Positions 25,934 through 38,887 of a DNA stretch of 64,000 nt are shown piece by piece; within the stretch, counting starts at the first letter, position 1; each line of letters begins with the position of its first letter. The notes under the pieces were generated by a model that saw only the letters and a list, made by a program, of their open reading frames with translations, was not told the origin of the DNA and ran no database searches. Both the position numbers and the translations under genes were made by a program. Source of the stretch: Lingula anatina (lineage: Eukaryota; Animalia; Brachiopoda); the NCBI GenBank assembly GCA_051362555.1, contig CM120646.1:6510001-6574000 (forward strand). The letters are read 5' to 3'.

Positions 25934-28900
25934 CTCGTCCAATTTGTTTTTGAATATGGCCGTTCATCACTTCGTAATGAAGAACCCATTCAACAGTCCA
26001 AATAATCACCAACGAATAGCCACTAAGTAGAAAGAGATAGCCACCATTGCCACACACATCTCATGTTTTTACACGCCCACTGGGACGTCTCTTTCGGCAT
26101 TCCCATACTTCTCCTTTGATCAGAATATTTTACTTATCACGAAGATCGGCGGGGCTCTTTGATGTCCAGGGCCACATATCATTCGCTTGGAAATCAAGAG
26201 CACCCAGGCGCAGAATTTCCCACTCTTCTAAGTTCTCAATATAGAGGTTTATTGGTGATTTTTTTTTTACTTATTTGTTAACTTACAGAATACCGGAAAT
26301 TATGCACCGTATTTAGGAAACATTTGTTTTTATTTAGTTCGTTTCTCTTCGTGCTTTTCGTTGGCGTTGTCTTCATAAATATGCAAATGAATCCTCTTGA
26401 GGAAATACAAGCTAACGAAAGATTAATAAAGTTAGTTTCTAATGCCTGCGATTTATTTGATTAAAAGAAGATGAGCACTTGTTTCTTTCCTTTCCACACC
26501 ACACTTTCAACAGCAATATTCGCGAAATTTAGGATCTCGTAGAGAGCCTTGCGTGATTGGTGTGCACCCGCTAAATGCCAAAGGAATGAATAATGGCGCC
26601 TTCAACAATGTGAATAATTTGACTCCCCGATGTCCTGCTTGATTACACAATTCACTTAGTTATTCCTTCTCTGATCTGGTGAAATTCCGGGGAGAAACCA
26701 ACTCCGCAGCCAAGGGACTGCGAACTGCTTCTCTCCATCATTCACTTGTTGAAGAAATAGGCTTATCGTGCTATGCAGATTAGTTTTGGACAGTTTTAAA
26801 GCTATCTTTATCCTCTGGAGACTTGAATGGTGTTCTCGTGTATTTTTTGTATTGATGCGTCATTATTAAACCATTTATTTGTGATGAACGACTACTGCTC
26901 ATATTTTGAAAAGAACAGGGTCATAAAGCACAGGAAAACGCCATGGTTCATACTTAAAACCCGACTGAAAAATCTAAAAGTTTTGTCTTGTTTTGTTACC
27001 CTAACATGTGACACAGAATCAACTGTAATATTTCAAAACGACGTCATGATAAAGATTTAAATTGTCATAGCACACAATTTATCGTCAGTTAACCCTGACA
27101 TTTCAGCGTCTTTTTATTGTCACAAATACAAGTATCATATTTCCTAAGTCTCCAGATATTAACTCAAGCTTTTCATTTGACGAACATGTAATAAGTTATA
27201 TATGAAATTCCCAGTTCATAGATAAATAGATGAAATATATCAAATTGATTTTAATTATGCATGAGATAAAAAATATTCCATGATACAGACTAGATGGGTA
27301 AGACGACGGATAATAAATAATAATAATTTTTACATTGGATCTGGTCATACTTTGTCCATGTTTTATGAAATAAATTGTCGTTTTATTATTACTTAAACAT
27401 TATAATAGTGTTCTTGGATTTTTTTCATTATATCCCTGATGTCCAGAAAATAAAGGAGAGAAAAGGACACTTTAGTTTAGGATTAAAAGAGGAAATAATG
27501 CAAATATTTTTTGTTTTCCCAAGAAAGATGAAAACAAAGTCGCATAAATGAACGAGTATCTTTACAGTTAAATAGAATATTATAAACCGGGCATTTTAAT
27601 TGCTGAAATTTTGTATTGCACGATGTAAACCGCGTGCTTTCGCCAAGGTCATGCGTTTTAATTATCTCCGATACGATGCGCATTCCTGAGCGGCACTCTT
27701 TATTATTATCAACCGTGATATTCTAGTCACCAAGGTCAAGGTTCTCATTCATCAACTCTGTATTTAATCCGGTCAACTGATTGCATCACATCTTTATAGT
27801 GGAATTGTGATTTAGGGATTGCATTAACAGAAGTGAAAAAGATAAATTACTTACAAGGATCCCGATGTTGCTAAAAAGGGACGCCCATGTTTGTTTGAAT
27901 GTGGAGCTATGTCATGCCTGCATTGTCAGAAAAAAAGAAATTGGCTTGTATTTTGCTGCTGGGAGAGAGAGCTATGGCATTTCCCTGCATATTTGATATA
28001 TATTGTTTTTGATGGGGTTTGTTTGAAACCATCTACTATGGTTTCCGAAAAAAATGTATAAACATATATATGTTAAATATTGTACAAATTAAAAGGGATT
28101 TATTAGGATGAAAGGAATACAACTTTTTTCCTTTCAGTTTAAATAGTATGGTTAAATCTGCTGATACACGTACGTAAAAACAAAATATACTGGCTTATGA
28201 AAAAAAAAAATATATATATATATATAATATTTAATTGTTAAATAAGGAAGGCAATAAGGGTTCTGTGGTAAGGTAAGCCGAGCTTTACCTGAATGGAATT
28301 TATTGGGCACAGAGGAAAATTTTATTTTTTAAAATAACGAAAAATAGGCGCTCGGAACGCAAAATGCGGTTAGCCATGAAATATTAAATTTAGTTATTAT
28401 CAAGGGCTCACATGATGGCAGATTACTTAGCCAATGATCACTAAGACAAGATAAATTTGGTCATTTTTACCACATTATTACCGACCGAGTGGTACTCATG
28501 TATACATTATAACATCAATGATTACAACTTAATAGATAACAATTTTCCTTTTTACTGCATTTCGGAAAAAAAGACAATAGCTATATCTGATCTGATATAA
28601 TCTTAAATGCCTTGATCTCGTTTACAAATAAAAAAGAAGTTAAAAACGTTCATCAGATAGCAGGGCAATGCTCACTCCCACTTCAACTGTCTTCCTCATT
28701 ATTAACCCCAACGACACTTTATAAAATTCATACGAAGATTACAGTGGGAGATAGAAATTTAAATGACTCGGCAATTTTGATTAATGGAAGAAATAAGCCC
28801 TCGATGGGCCATCAGCGGTGATTATGACACTAAGCATGGGCATTGTTTATTGTGAAATGACATAGGAGGCAACAGTCTAGAACTGTGGACACTTAGGAGT

Positions 28901-30100
28901 TAAAAGGTCAGGATAGACAGCCAGGCGCAATGGTAATTTGAGCGGCATATCTGGCCAGGGATGAAATAAATAATATTTGAGGACATGAAATAGAAGAAAC
29001 GAATTCGTGAGAATGAAATGGGGAATGATACTGATTCGTGGCAAAGTAAATTGTAAATATTTTGTAGATTTTTTTTTCATGTTTGCGAATTAGATTGCAT
29101 CAAGGAGTTCAACAATTAAATGGTACATGACAATGCGTATGTGCGTATGCACTATTTATATGTTTATGTTTCGGATCACCTAAAAATTATGGAAATTATA
29201 AATCATATTTGTACGTTTTATAGTAAATACAACAATAATAAACAGTTGTGTGTCGGACACGCGCACACACACATAAACAAACATACACACACACATACGA
29301 ACACACACAAAGACACATCCAAATACACCAATCGAATAAAACCGATCCATATGAAATTCACAAAAATAATATGAACAATATCTAAGGTACAACCAAAGGG
29401 AATCAGTTCTTAGTGTAAAGTGATACCCACCTATTATGCATGCTTTCAAAACATGAATTTAATATTTTCCTCATTCTAACACAACAGGGGTATGCGGCTA
29501 CATGTGTTTCACTGGGGTGTTGAATATTACTGCCTGTTTATCTCAATAAATATATAAATGTAAATATGAATTTTGATTAATGTAAGTTAAATTTTACATA
29601 GAGATTTATGAATAACAAAGTCAATATTTTGTAAACACTGAAGAAAATCATAAAAGTACAGCAAGTTACAAAAAGACTGTTTGCAAAGTTCAGTATCATG
29701 ATTCAGTGTAAATTCCCTCTAGCATCTATAACAAAAAATTACACCGATTCTAAAATGAATTCTGTTTGAAACTGATGCCTTTAACCCCACTGCAAAACAC
29801 ACAGCGTAATTTCCACCAACTATAAAGGCACACTGACACGAGAAAGGTGTACCTATGGCTTGCCCTAAGGATCATCGTAATTTAAACGACACTTATGTCC
29901 TCCATTATTAGGTGATATTTATGGCCTATGTCTTGGCCTCTTCTAAACAGACAGGCTGTTAACCTGAATCCTCCTTACACAGGAAAAAATGAAGGAGATA
30001 CGCCTACTTTTTCCAGGTGTACCAAACCGCTTGCTTAATTGTCAATTATTTGGTCATCTTTTGTTTAATAAAGTTTCGCATGCACAGGGGCTGTCGACAC

Positions 30101-30262
30101 GACCAATTATGATGTATAGCGAAAGGTCAAAAGTCGGCGACCTGATTGGGCACGACTTGTCACGTGGTATGTAAATGAGACGCATGGTTGCTATATGGAG
30201 TCGTGCTATAGACAAGTGACGAGGAAAATAGTTCTCAGAGCATTCAGTGAAAATTTATAGCG
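30101..30262 (+). promoter_or_regulatory. Hox4/Dfd proximal promoter and 5'UTR
   Basis: CCAAT (~30103), DR1-like AGGTCA-a-AAGTCG (~30124-30136), inverted CCAAT GATTGG 30144-30149, E-box GTCACGTGGT 30159-30168, GCTATATGGAG 30190-30200, all immediately upstream of the ATG. Confidence 0.65.
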
Positions 30263-30656
30263 ATGAGTGCTTTCCTCATGAACTCTGGGCCGTTTGCGGA
30301 CCCCAAATTTCCTCCAACGGAGGACTTCTCGCAGACGAACTATATTAGCCACCACCAGCAGGAATTTCTGCGGCCGGCAGTGACCAGCTATGGACAGTGG
30401 CACCACCCCGACCATCAGCGGTTCAGAGAAGATAACTTCTCGCCGGGGGCTGCCCTGTATGCCTGTGCTGCACAGAACGGAGGGATGGGGACGTCGATGT
30501 CGCACCCCACCACCCCTCTTAGTCCTCTCCCGGCTCACACACACGCCGTCCAGACGTCCAGTCAGCCTCAACTGCCTCAAACCTGTGCCACGACTCTCCA
30601 ACCACCCCCTCAGCCTATCATCTACCCTTGGATGAAGAGAATGCACCTGGGAGCAG
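30263..30656 (+). CDS. Dfd: Hox4/Deformed exon 1
   Basis: N-terminus MSAFLMNS...DPKFPPTEDFSQTNYI is the Hox4 signature (SSFLMNS/DPKFPP.EEYSQ); IIYPWMKRMH hexapeptide; donor CAG|GTAAGA with GT at 30657-30658, phase 1. Confidence 0.95.
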
Positions 30657-32944
30657 GTAAGACAGATATATTTTCTCCCTCTGTCCACATGTACAATTTG
30701 CACGCACAGTATAACACATATGTGTTTGCATGTGTATATTTATACTGTTCCGTATATAGAAATAGTTGGTATTTCACGCGGTATGCATACACAGCGTCAA
30801 ACCTTTATACCGATCTTGTGTACGCGCAGCTGTGACATATGTGTGCTGGTTAGTTTACAGCGGTCGTTGTGGGGATTGTTATTGTTCGTGTTGCCTTAAT
30901 TGAGAGTAATTTTGTGTTTGTAAAGTCGTGTTTTATTTTAAGAGATCGTTAAACCCCTGCATACTGCCCTCAGAATCCATCCCTATACATCAGATTGTTG
31001 TATATTCATGATGGCAGCGTTAAAAGTAATTAATGTCATCATGACATTATTTTTTATAAAATTCCAAAATTAACAAGGCTTGTTACATTGACGCGAAATT
31101 GTTTAGTACAAATTGTACATATAACCTAGGGACACGCCATAAGCAACTTAGACATTCATTCCTCAATAGTATAGTCAAACAACCGATAATGCGGAAAACA
31201 CCGCAGTCAACATCAAAGGATATCTGAGGTAAAACTATTCAGTAACTAGTCAGTTCTATTACCCCGCCAGAAGGTCGCCCCTGCACCTAGTAGTACTGAT
31301 CCCTCACCCCTTTTCTCCACACTTAATGTCATAATATCTAAGTATTGGATAGGTGTCCAGCAGAGCGTATTAATGAAATTGGATATATACTGTCACTGCC
31401 AGTGGCGGCTGTGGACAGCAGCTGCAGCAAGAAGACGCTAATAATACATACAACACACTGCAGTTAGAAGAGTAAATCAGCGCGTGGAAAAACCTGGGTG
31501 CATTATTCCAACAAGAGAAAACGATCGATTGTGCAATACAAACTAGATTCCTTTCAGAAATATAAATAAATAAAATTACAATATTTTTTTTACAATTTTC
31601 CTAGGTTTTATAGTAAGTGGGACGTGTTAATAATGTAATTTAACTTCACCTGAGGACCGCATGAATCAAACATAATCTCAGAAATTCTTGAATAAATAAT
31701 TGAATAAATAAATGAAATAAATTAATGACAAAATAAACAAATAAATAGATATAAAATAGTGTCTTGTATCCACCTAAAACCAACATCTTAATTGAATTTA
31801 GTTTAAGGCGTATTTTCGACCACACTATCTTTAAGGCGTATATTAACTGACGCAATATTTCAAATATCAAAAGTTTTCAAATTTCATTTTATTGCCCTGC
31901 CAAAGTACGAAACAGTTATGGAAATTTTCAGCATATGCAAAATTATGAATTTGAATTATACGTAGAAATTTGAAATGAAAACAAATATACTATTAAGTAT
32001 GTGCTTTTAAACAATTGTTACACCGTCCACAAATCACAATAAAATTACCCCAAATTTTAGAATTCAAGGGGAGGAGCGAACCAGCATAAGGTTAAAAAAA
32101 AATTCGAACTATTAACGTCCGTATACCCCTGCTGTTACACGAATCGTGTTATTTCGAGGTTAAAATTGCTGTTTAATGCCTCCATCAATTACTGGAATGA
32201 TGGTAAAAACGCAATATATCTTTGTAATGAAGTATCCAGACGCCAACCTTTGTTATCCTCTTAAAGCAAAGGGGGACGGATTGTTCCAAGTCTTTTTTCC
32301 AGCTCGGTGTTTCTTTTTCTACCTTTTAGCTACTGACAGGTGACACGGTAATCAGTTGGTTATTTTATTCACTTAGGGCTCCATAATCACAATCACATTA
32401 TATTTATTTGGTTTTATTCTTTGGTTTCATTCTTTTAAAACTATTCTAACCAAGATAAATAATCTAAACCAACATAAGTATAATGTGTCCATTACATAGT
32501 TTTTATAGCAGATAATGGTTTTCTTATAGAAACTAATGGTACCATCAACTATAAAGTACTAAAAGGAAAAGCATGATTACCCAACCATCAAAATTAGAAA
32601 TGGAATATTAAAATAAAATGAACACAAAAAACTTTATATTAAATTAAAGCTCTATCATTTGAGAATTTCAGAAGAATGGTGTAAAATTTAGCAAGATAAT
32701 TTCAAAATGAAACATTTATGAAAAGGCCTTGACTGTTGCCAGCCGCAGGGTCGATGTTAATTACACCTGGAATTAAGGACTGAAAAACCAGTTCCCCGTT
32801 ACTCACCTATGATTGTTTTAAAGGATAAGCATCAGCGACGGTCATATGAGACCGTGTGATGAATGGTTGTCATTTTGACACAAAGTTGTCCTTAGAAGGA
32901 CTCATCCCTACGTGGGTGTCAACGGCGCCATCTGGATGGGTGGC

Positions 32945-32950
<6 letters not shown>

Positions 32951-32998
<48 letters not shown>
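32951..32998 (+). repeat. (GA)24 microsatellite in the Dfd intron
   Basis: Direct reading. Confidence 0.95.
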
Positions 32999-33001
<3 letters not shown>

Positions 33002-33380
33002 ATAGCTGACGAGGCCTTATGTGTTAATAGGTATAATACACTGATTACAGACCAAAGGCATGGTCAGATGTAACTAGACCTAATAGCCAAAAAATATTAT
33101 GATCTATGACATAATTTTTATATGGTAAGGTACAGGGAAACTTGAGCTTTTTTAATTGTATTTTAAACCATATGAAGAATATTGGACACAATGTCAAAAG
33201 AAAAGCATATTTTGATACAGTGTCATTGAATTACTTTTTAAAAAGGCATATAAAGCCATACATTACCCGAAAAAGAGGCGGTTGAACTTAAGTCATATAC
33301 ATATTCACCAGCACTTTGGCTACCAGCAAAAAAGTGTTGGAAAGACCCGTACTCATTTCGACCTCTTTTGGGCAATGATA

Positions 33381-35280
33381 TTTTCCAAAACAAAACCCTA
33401 AATATGCTAAGCCAATGTTTTTTCAAACGAATAAGTGAAATGCACGGTTTCAAAAGATGCAGACAAAATGAATGAGGAATGCATATTGTTCTGTATTCTG
33501 TGGGGTGGTTGTCATTGCTAGACATTGCTAAGGACTCTTAAGGCATCAGCAATGCAACTATTTACACATAAGTCATAACACCTGGGTTTTGTTGCAATAA
33601 GTAACCTTGGGTCTAACTTCACTAGACTATATCACTACCAAAAAAAGAACCCCGTCAATATGCCAGGTGTATGAACTGAGGTGCAGACCCCGCGCAACCT
33701 TCAGCACCCTTAACTGCCATTTTAAGAAACAAATGATCACTTGCACGAACAACCGCAAACTTTGTGAAAAAGATTCTGCACAGTAGGAGAGAACGTCAGT
33801 GGTCTGCACCAACATTGGGTGGAACAAGTAAAACGATCCGGTGTAAAGGATTTATCATTGTAGATATTTAATTGTATTTAAGGTTAGGGCAAGCAACATT
33901 TAAGGTGAAACCAAGAATCCGTTACCAAAGGGTAACTCAATTGGAGGCAATTGAAAAGGAACTAGCTAGAGCATTGAGCTCTCTGCGTTATATTACACCC
34001 ATTTCAACACATATTGTTTATGTTTTAACAGCACTTTTCCGTCCGTAACAACGCTATTTGCTTGCTATTAAATTATAAAATTCTTGATAATCATCAAAGG
34101 GAAATTAAAAAAAACCATCCTACAAAATCACTTATCTCAATCTGAAAAAAATTCAATACCCTTAAAATGTATATTGCAAAGATCATGTGTCATCGAACCG
34201 TTATCTGGTTTTTCGCAGAATGCCATTGACGGTGTTTTAGGTATTAATAAGCTATTATACATGCCAGGTTTATCTTTGGCCAACTTTGACCTTTGGTCAC
34301 CCGTACTAGATAGAGTAAGATAAGACACGGTGCATCTTACTCATGTACAAGTATAGATTTATATCCAGTCATGTTTACACGTTTTTTTTCAAGATTGTGC
34401 CTTATTGCCTTTACAGATGTTCTGTTGAGTGGGTGTGTGTGTTTTCGAGTTTTTCATTACATCACTTCAAATCGAACTTTTGTCCATATGCACACTGATA
34501 AATGTAGTAATTTTGCACATTTGCAAATCAGTCATAGCTAGACGTTTGGCTAAATGTTTTCTGTGTGTGAACATGGATGTGGGAATTGATTGTTACGTCA
34601 TGAACTGGACACTACAGGAAACTTACCTGACCATAATATACTGAGTCACCTCAGGTTGTCTTCAAATGGATGTCAATGGGGAATGTGACTATCTTATTAC
34701 AATGATAAACTTTACACAGTAGTGTGCCCTGGTGACAAACTGATGTCCAGGAACAACCCCAACAGATTCACTGATACAACAACTTTTTCCAAGATAGTTT
34801 TACGAAAAACAATGCAAGTTAAGCATTAAGGAAAGCCATATAGTCCCACCCATTGACCTATAGTAAAACAGATTAAACTTATGATCTAATTGTTACCTGT
34901 TACACTACAAATCAATAAAACACGATGGCGAAGAATTGGGGGTAGAATCTTTTAGTTTTGAGTCAAAATAATTCCTAGAGAGAGGTACGAATCCTAAAAA
35001 TGATACACGGCACTATTCTCAATAATCTATAAATAAATATACATGTAGCAGCAAAACGAAAACAAAAAATGAGGCTTTATGTTCCCACAATGACAACAAA
35101 GTGGTACAAAACATTACACGCAGGAAAGGTTTTCGAAAACAATACCTTACTATGGTTAGCCAATGGGTACTTTAACGAATAAGTGAAACGTATAATTTCG
35201 AACGACGCAGACAAATTAAATGAGGAATGCATCTGGGTTGTGTTCTTATTGTTCTATATTCTGAAGGGGTAGTTGTCATT
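33381..35280 (+). repeat. Dispersed ~140-150 bp direct repeat pair in the Dfd intron (33381-33517 and 35130-35280)
   Basis: Shared agccaatg, aacgaataagtgaaa, gcagacaaa, aatgaggaatgcat, tattgttctRtattctg, gttgtcatt. Confidence 0.8.
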
Positions 35281-38200
35281 TGACTGCCAAGAGGAAACGG
35301 GGCCTGTAAATGTCCTTTGAGTATGACAGAGATCAGGGAGAGGGTAATGGCAACGATGGAGTCATTAATCTCCGTGGCAGATTATCTCTACCTCCCTCAC
35401 GAATCTCCATTTGCATCTGGTAATTGCACCGCAAAGTGCATGCTTCGTTTATTTGCTTATTCCATCCTACTCGCTCTTGGAAAGCGCCTAAGAAATGTAG
35501 AATGTTGAGATTTACGATATATATTTTCTTAGGTGGACATTAGATCAAAGAAACGTCCGTGAAAGCCAACCCTAGGGTGATAAAATTATCCTGCTACTTT
35601 TTAAACATTATCACTAGAATTTTACGTTTGGATAAAAACAATGAGAAAATGACGACATCAGATACAAAATATATTATAGTTAACCGGGGTCACTCACAGA
35701 TGGAAAGATTGAATCTTTAAAGGCAAACACCAAAGTGTGTTATTCCAAGATTTATATCTGGTATTATAAGTATGGATAATTTATAATTAGATACTTTTAA
35801 TTAGTAGGTATGGTCTGTTGAACTTGTAAGAATGGTAGTTATTTCTATGAAGAAAACTTCCATTTATCAAAGCGTTTTCCTCAGATCCATTAATGAAATA
35901 TAATATGATTAAAGAATCAACAGAACATAACTTCCGCTATTCTACTTTTATCTTACAGACCATTGGCGCGTACACTTACATCATTTCTTAAAATCATAAA
36001 ACCTGAACGTTTTTCAATCGTAAAGATGAAGACCAATTCGATTTTAGTGTTGTGTGTTAAAGGCATCAATTCATATGGAATCGCCTTCGTTAAGTGCTTG
36101 TGGTACAACCGTTAAACCCAACTTATGAACAATGAAATTGTATTCGTGGAGACGACTAAATTAGAACATAGATGGTTGCTATTTGTTATTGGGCATGCAA
36201 TGTTCTCATTTAGACTTCCTCTCATCCCATGACACTTTCATTGCAGGTTACTGCTCTGAGTTAATTTTGACTATTTTGGATTTATTGAAATGAAAATTTG
36301 GTGCCAAATAGATTTAGGTTATATTTAATTTGAACATGTGCGCTTATATTAGGCTGTACAGTAGGGTAAAACGTTTGGACGTTTTATCTGAATATGGACA
36401 TTATTTTTGCATGTTAGGAATAATGTCAGCCAAACTCAGTTCCATTCTTCCAATGTTTCATAATACTTTCTCCAGATAATTTTTTTCTGGTTTTTCAAAA
36501 TGCTCGAAGGCATTTTACCGTGATTTGTAACGTGTTTGAAAAAAGGCACAAAAGTGTCAAAATCGCATACGATGAACAGTTTTTGTATATGAACATTGTG
36601 GTGGTCACCAAATGTTCTTAAAGTGTACATTTCAGCTAAGAGATTAAGCACTCGTCATTATCCAAGCGTTTTTGGTTTAATGATCGAACCGGCCCTTTTT
36701 TCTTGTCAATATCTTTCTCTTTAGATTCCTAGGGAAAGCCATATCCCCAATGTATAGCTAGACATAAACGAACTACTGTAAACAGCCTGATATAAAAGAC
36801 AAATGTTCATCTCAAACATAAACTGATTCCTCAGAGGCCGCTAATCAAGCATCACACTTTCATTTTTATTTAATCCGAAACTAATAGGACTTGTGTCGGT
36901 GATTATGACGCCCGTAATGTGACATTATTAAATACGCGTCTTATTCCGGATATATGAGGGCACTACTCTCACACGCTTGTCTATCGGCGATTAATAGACC
37001 GTAGAAAATGCGAGTTCATTTAATGTTTACTGATGTGTTTTTTATCCGATTTGAATGGTGTTAAAAACCCTTGTCTCGTGCTTCCTGTACGCGCGCCTGA
37101 TCAAAGCGGGTTATTGCTACAGTTTATCTTCTATTAATTCCAAGCATTTTGTTTCTCCTTTGTTTCATTTTTTGTGGGTAATGAAAGTAACTTTTGATGT
37201 GGCACTTAATTTTAAGATATTGTGACACTAAATAACAATGTCTAGGTACCATTTGATTTCGTTTCCTATGTACAGTTTACTGCCATCATAACTAACATAT
37301 AGTTTGGGGCTTTTTTTGTCAAAATGCCGAGGAGCAAATAAAAATCCCATTGTTACGAACGCTGTATATGCAATGGCACCTGCCTAACATTGATTGCCTT
37401 TTCTTTTTTTTTCAACTCTACATGTTTGTACGTCATTATTCATTTCTTGATGCACACTTGCGAGTGACAGTATTAACTGTTTTAGCTGAAACATAATGGC
37501 TGTCGTCCACAAAAAAAAAGAGGTTCGGGCGTTTTATTAATAGTGGTAATCACGCTCGTTTGTGACCTTCCGATACACCTGGCAGAATTTCTTCGATAAG
37601 ATCTGACATCTGAGTTTCCTAGCCTCGTAGATTTAATGGTATTTGAGGTCCCCACATGATAGGGGTGGTTTCGAAGATTGCGTGCTGAGGAAACAATTGA
37701 ACGCCGTCAGGCTTGCTTAGACATACGGACTTTTGACGTCGGGTGTTCAGAAAAAAATGTCTCACGACACAATATCTCCGGGGACAGGCATTGACAGCCC
37801 TTATAACGTTGCCTTTGGCTCTTGGTGAAATATTGATTTATTGTAATAAGCTGCAATGCTGCAAAACTGTGCATTTAGATATGAAACAATAGTGGGTATG
37901 TCTAGGTAACGCGCAAAGTAAGAAAAGTAAATAATAACACGTAAATCAAACGAACATAATGTATAGAATTAAGCAGAAATCGCAAAGGAGAAACGCAGTG
38001 GATAATCTTTCAAGCTATGCTCCCTAATGGGAATAAAATTAAGATATTCTTTAAGGTGAAATGTCTATCTCGTCCCTGGTTTGACACCTGTCTAAGGAAT
38101 GAATAGTATATGAATCCGTTACATTTTCACATCCTTGCTAACTTGCGCAGTTTCGGTTTTCAATGACATTAAAATGGATACCACATTAAATGGTCTGATA

Positions 38201-38573
38201 TCGCTTTACAATGGATTTTTGTCAGTACACCAACGAAATTGTAATTTATACCTGGTCATATAGTAAACACGTGTTTGGCCTTTGTACATTTAGTTTTTTA
38301 ATGTTGGCTTGTCGATGGTATCGATGGTGTCCTTTTCCTGCATATTAACAGAGATAAGTCTTTTCATTTTGTTTGTGAAAAAAGATGAAAAAAAATTAAA
38401 ATAAGACTCGAGATAGAGGACTTAAAGTATTTTGTTTAATTGTCACATAAAAGTTTATGTAAACTCATTTATATATTTAAAATTACTTTACATTTTTCTA
38501 CAACATGCCAATTTGAAACAGAAGGGGTGAACTATCCCTTATTTAAAAAAAGGTCACTATCCTTTCTTTGCAG

Positions 38574-38887
38574 CCAACGGTTACAACGGGTTGGAACCCA
38601 AGCGAAGTCGGACCGCCTACACTCGTCACCAGATTCTGGAACTGGAAAAAGAATTCCACTTCAACAGATATCTCACGAGAAGGAGACGAATCGAAATAGC
38701 ACATTCCCTGTGTCTAACAGAAAGACAAATCAAAATTTGGTTCCAAAATAGGAGAATGAAATGGAAAAAGGAACACAAACTTCCAAACACTAAAAACAAA
38801 GGAGACGCCTCACAAAATAAGTCTGACTCTCCCATCGACAGTGACACTAACAGTGACAAAGATTGCGACTCAAAGGACAAGAGCTAG
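38574..38887 (+). CDS. Dfd: Hox4/Deformed exon 2 (homeodomain + LPNTK tail)
   Basis: Acceptor cctttctttgcAG at 38572-38573, phase 1 matching exon 1 (junction [32 protein letters not shown]...[10 protein letters not shown]). LPNTK is the Hox4 diagnostic. Spliced CDS 708 nt = 235 aa; TAG 38885-38887 followed by TGA. Confidence 0.96.

Noticed and set aside
30206-30703. 165-aa minus-strand ORF and the alternative-frame ORF 30390-30635
   Set aside because: Shadows of the GC-rich Dfd exon 1.
30657-30835. Read-through extension of Dfd exon 1 to a 190-aa protein
   Set aside because: A strong donor at 30657 with a phase-matched homeobox exon explains the gene; the extension is intron.
38440-38880. 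Alternative-frame and antisense ORFs over Dfd exon 2
   Set aside because: Homeobox shadows; the TTG start at 38591 is an internal Leu codon.
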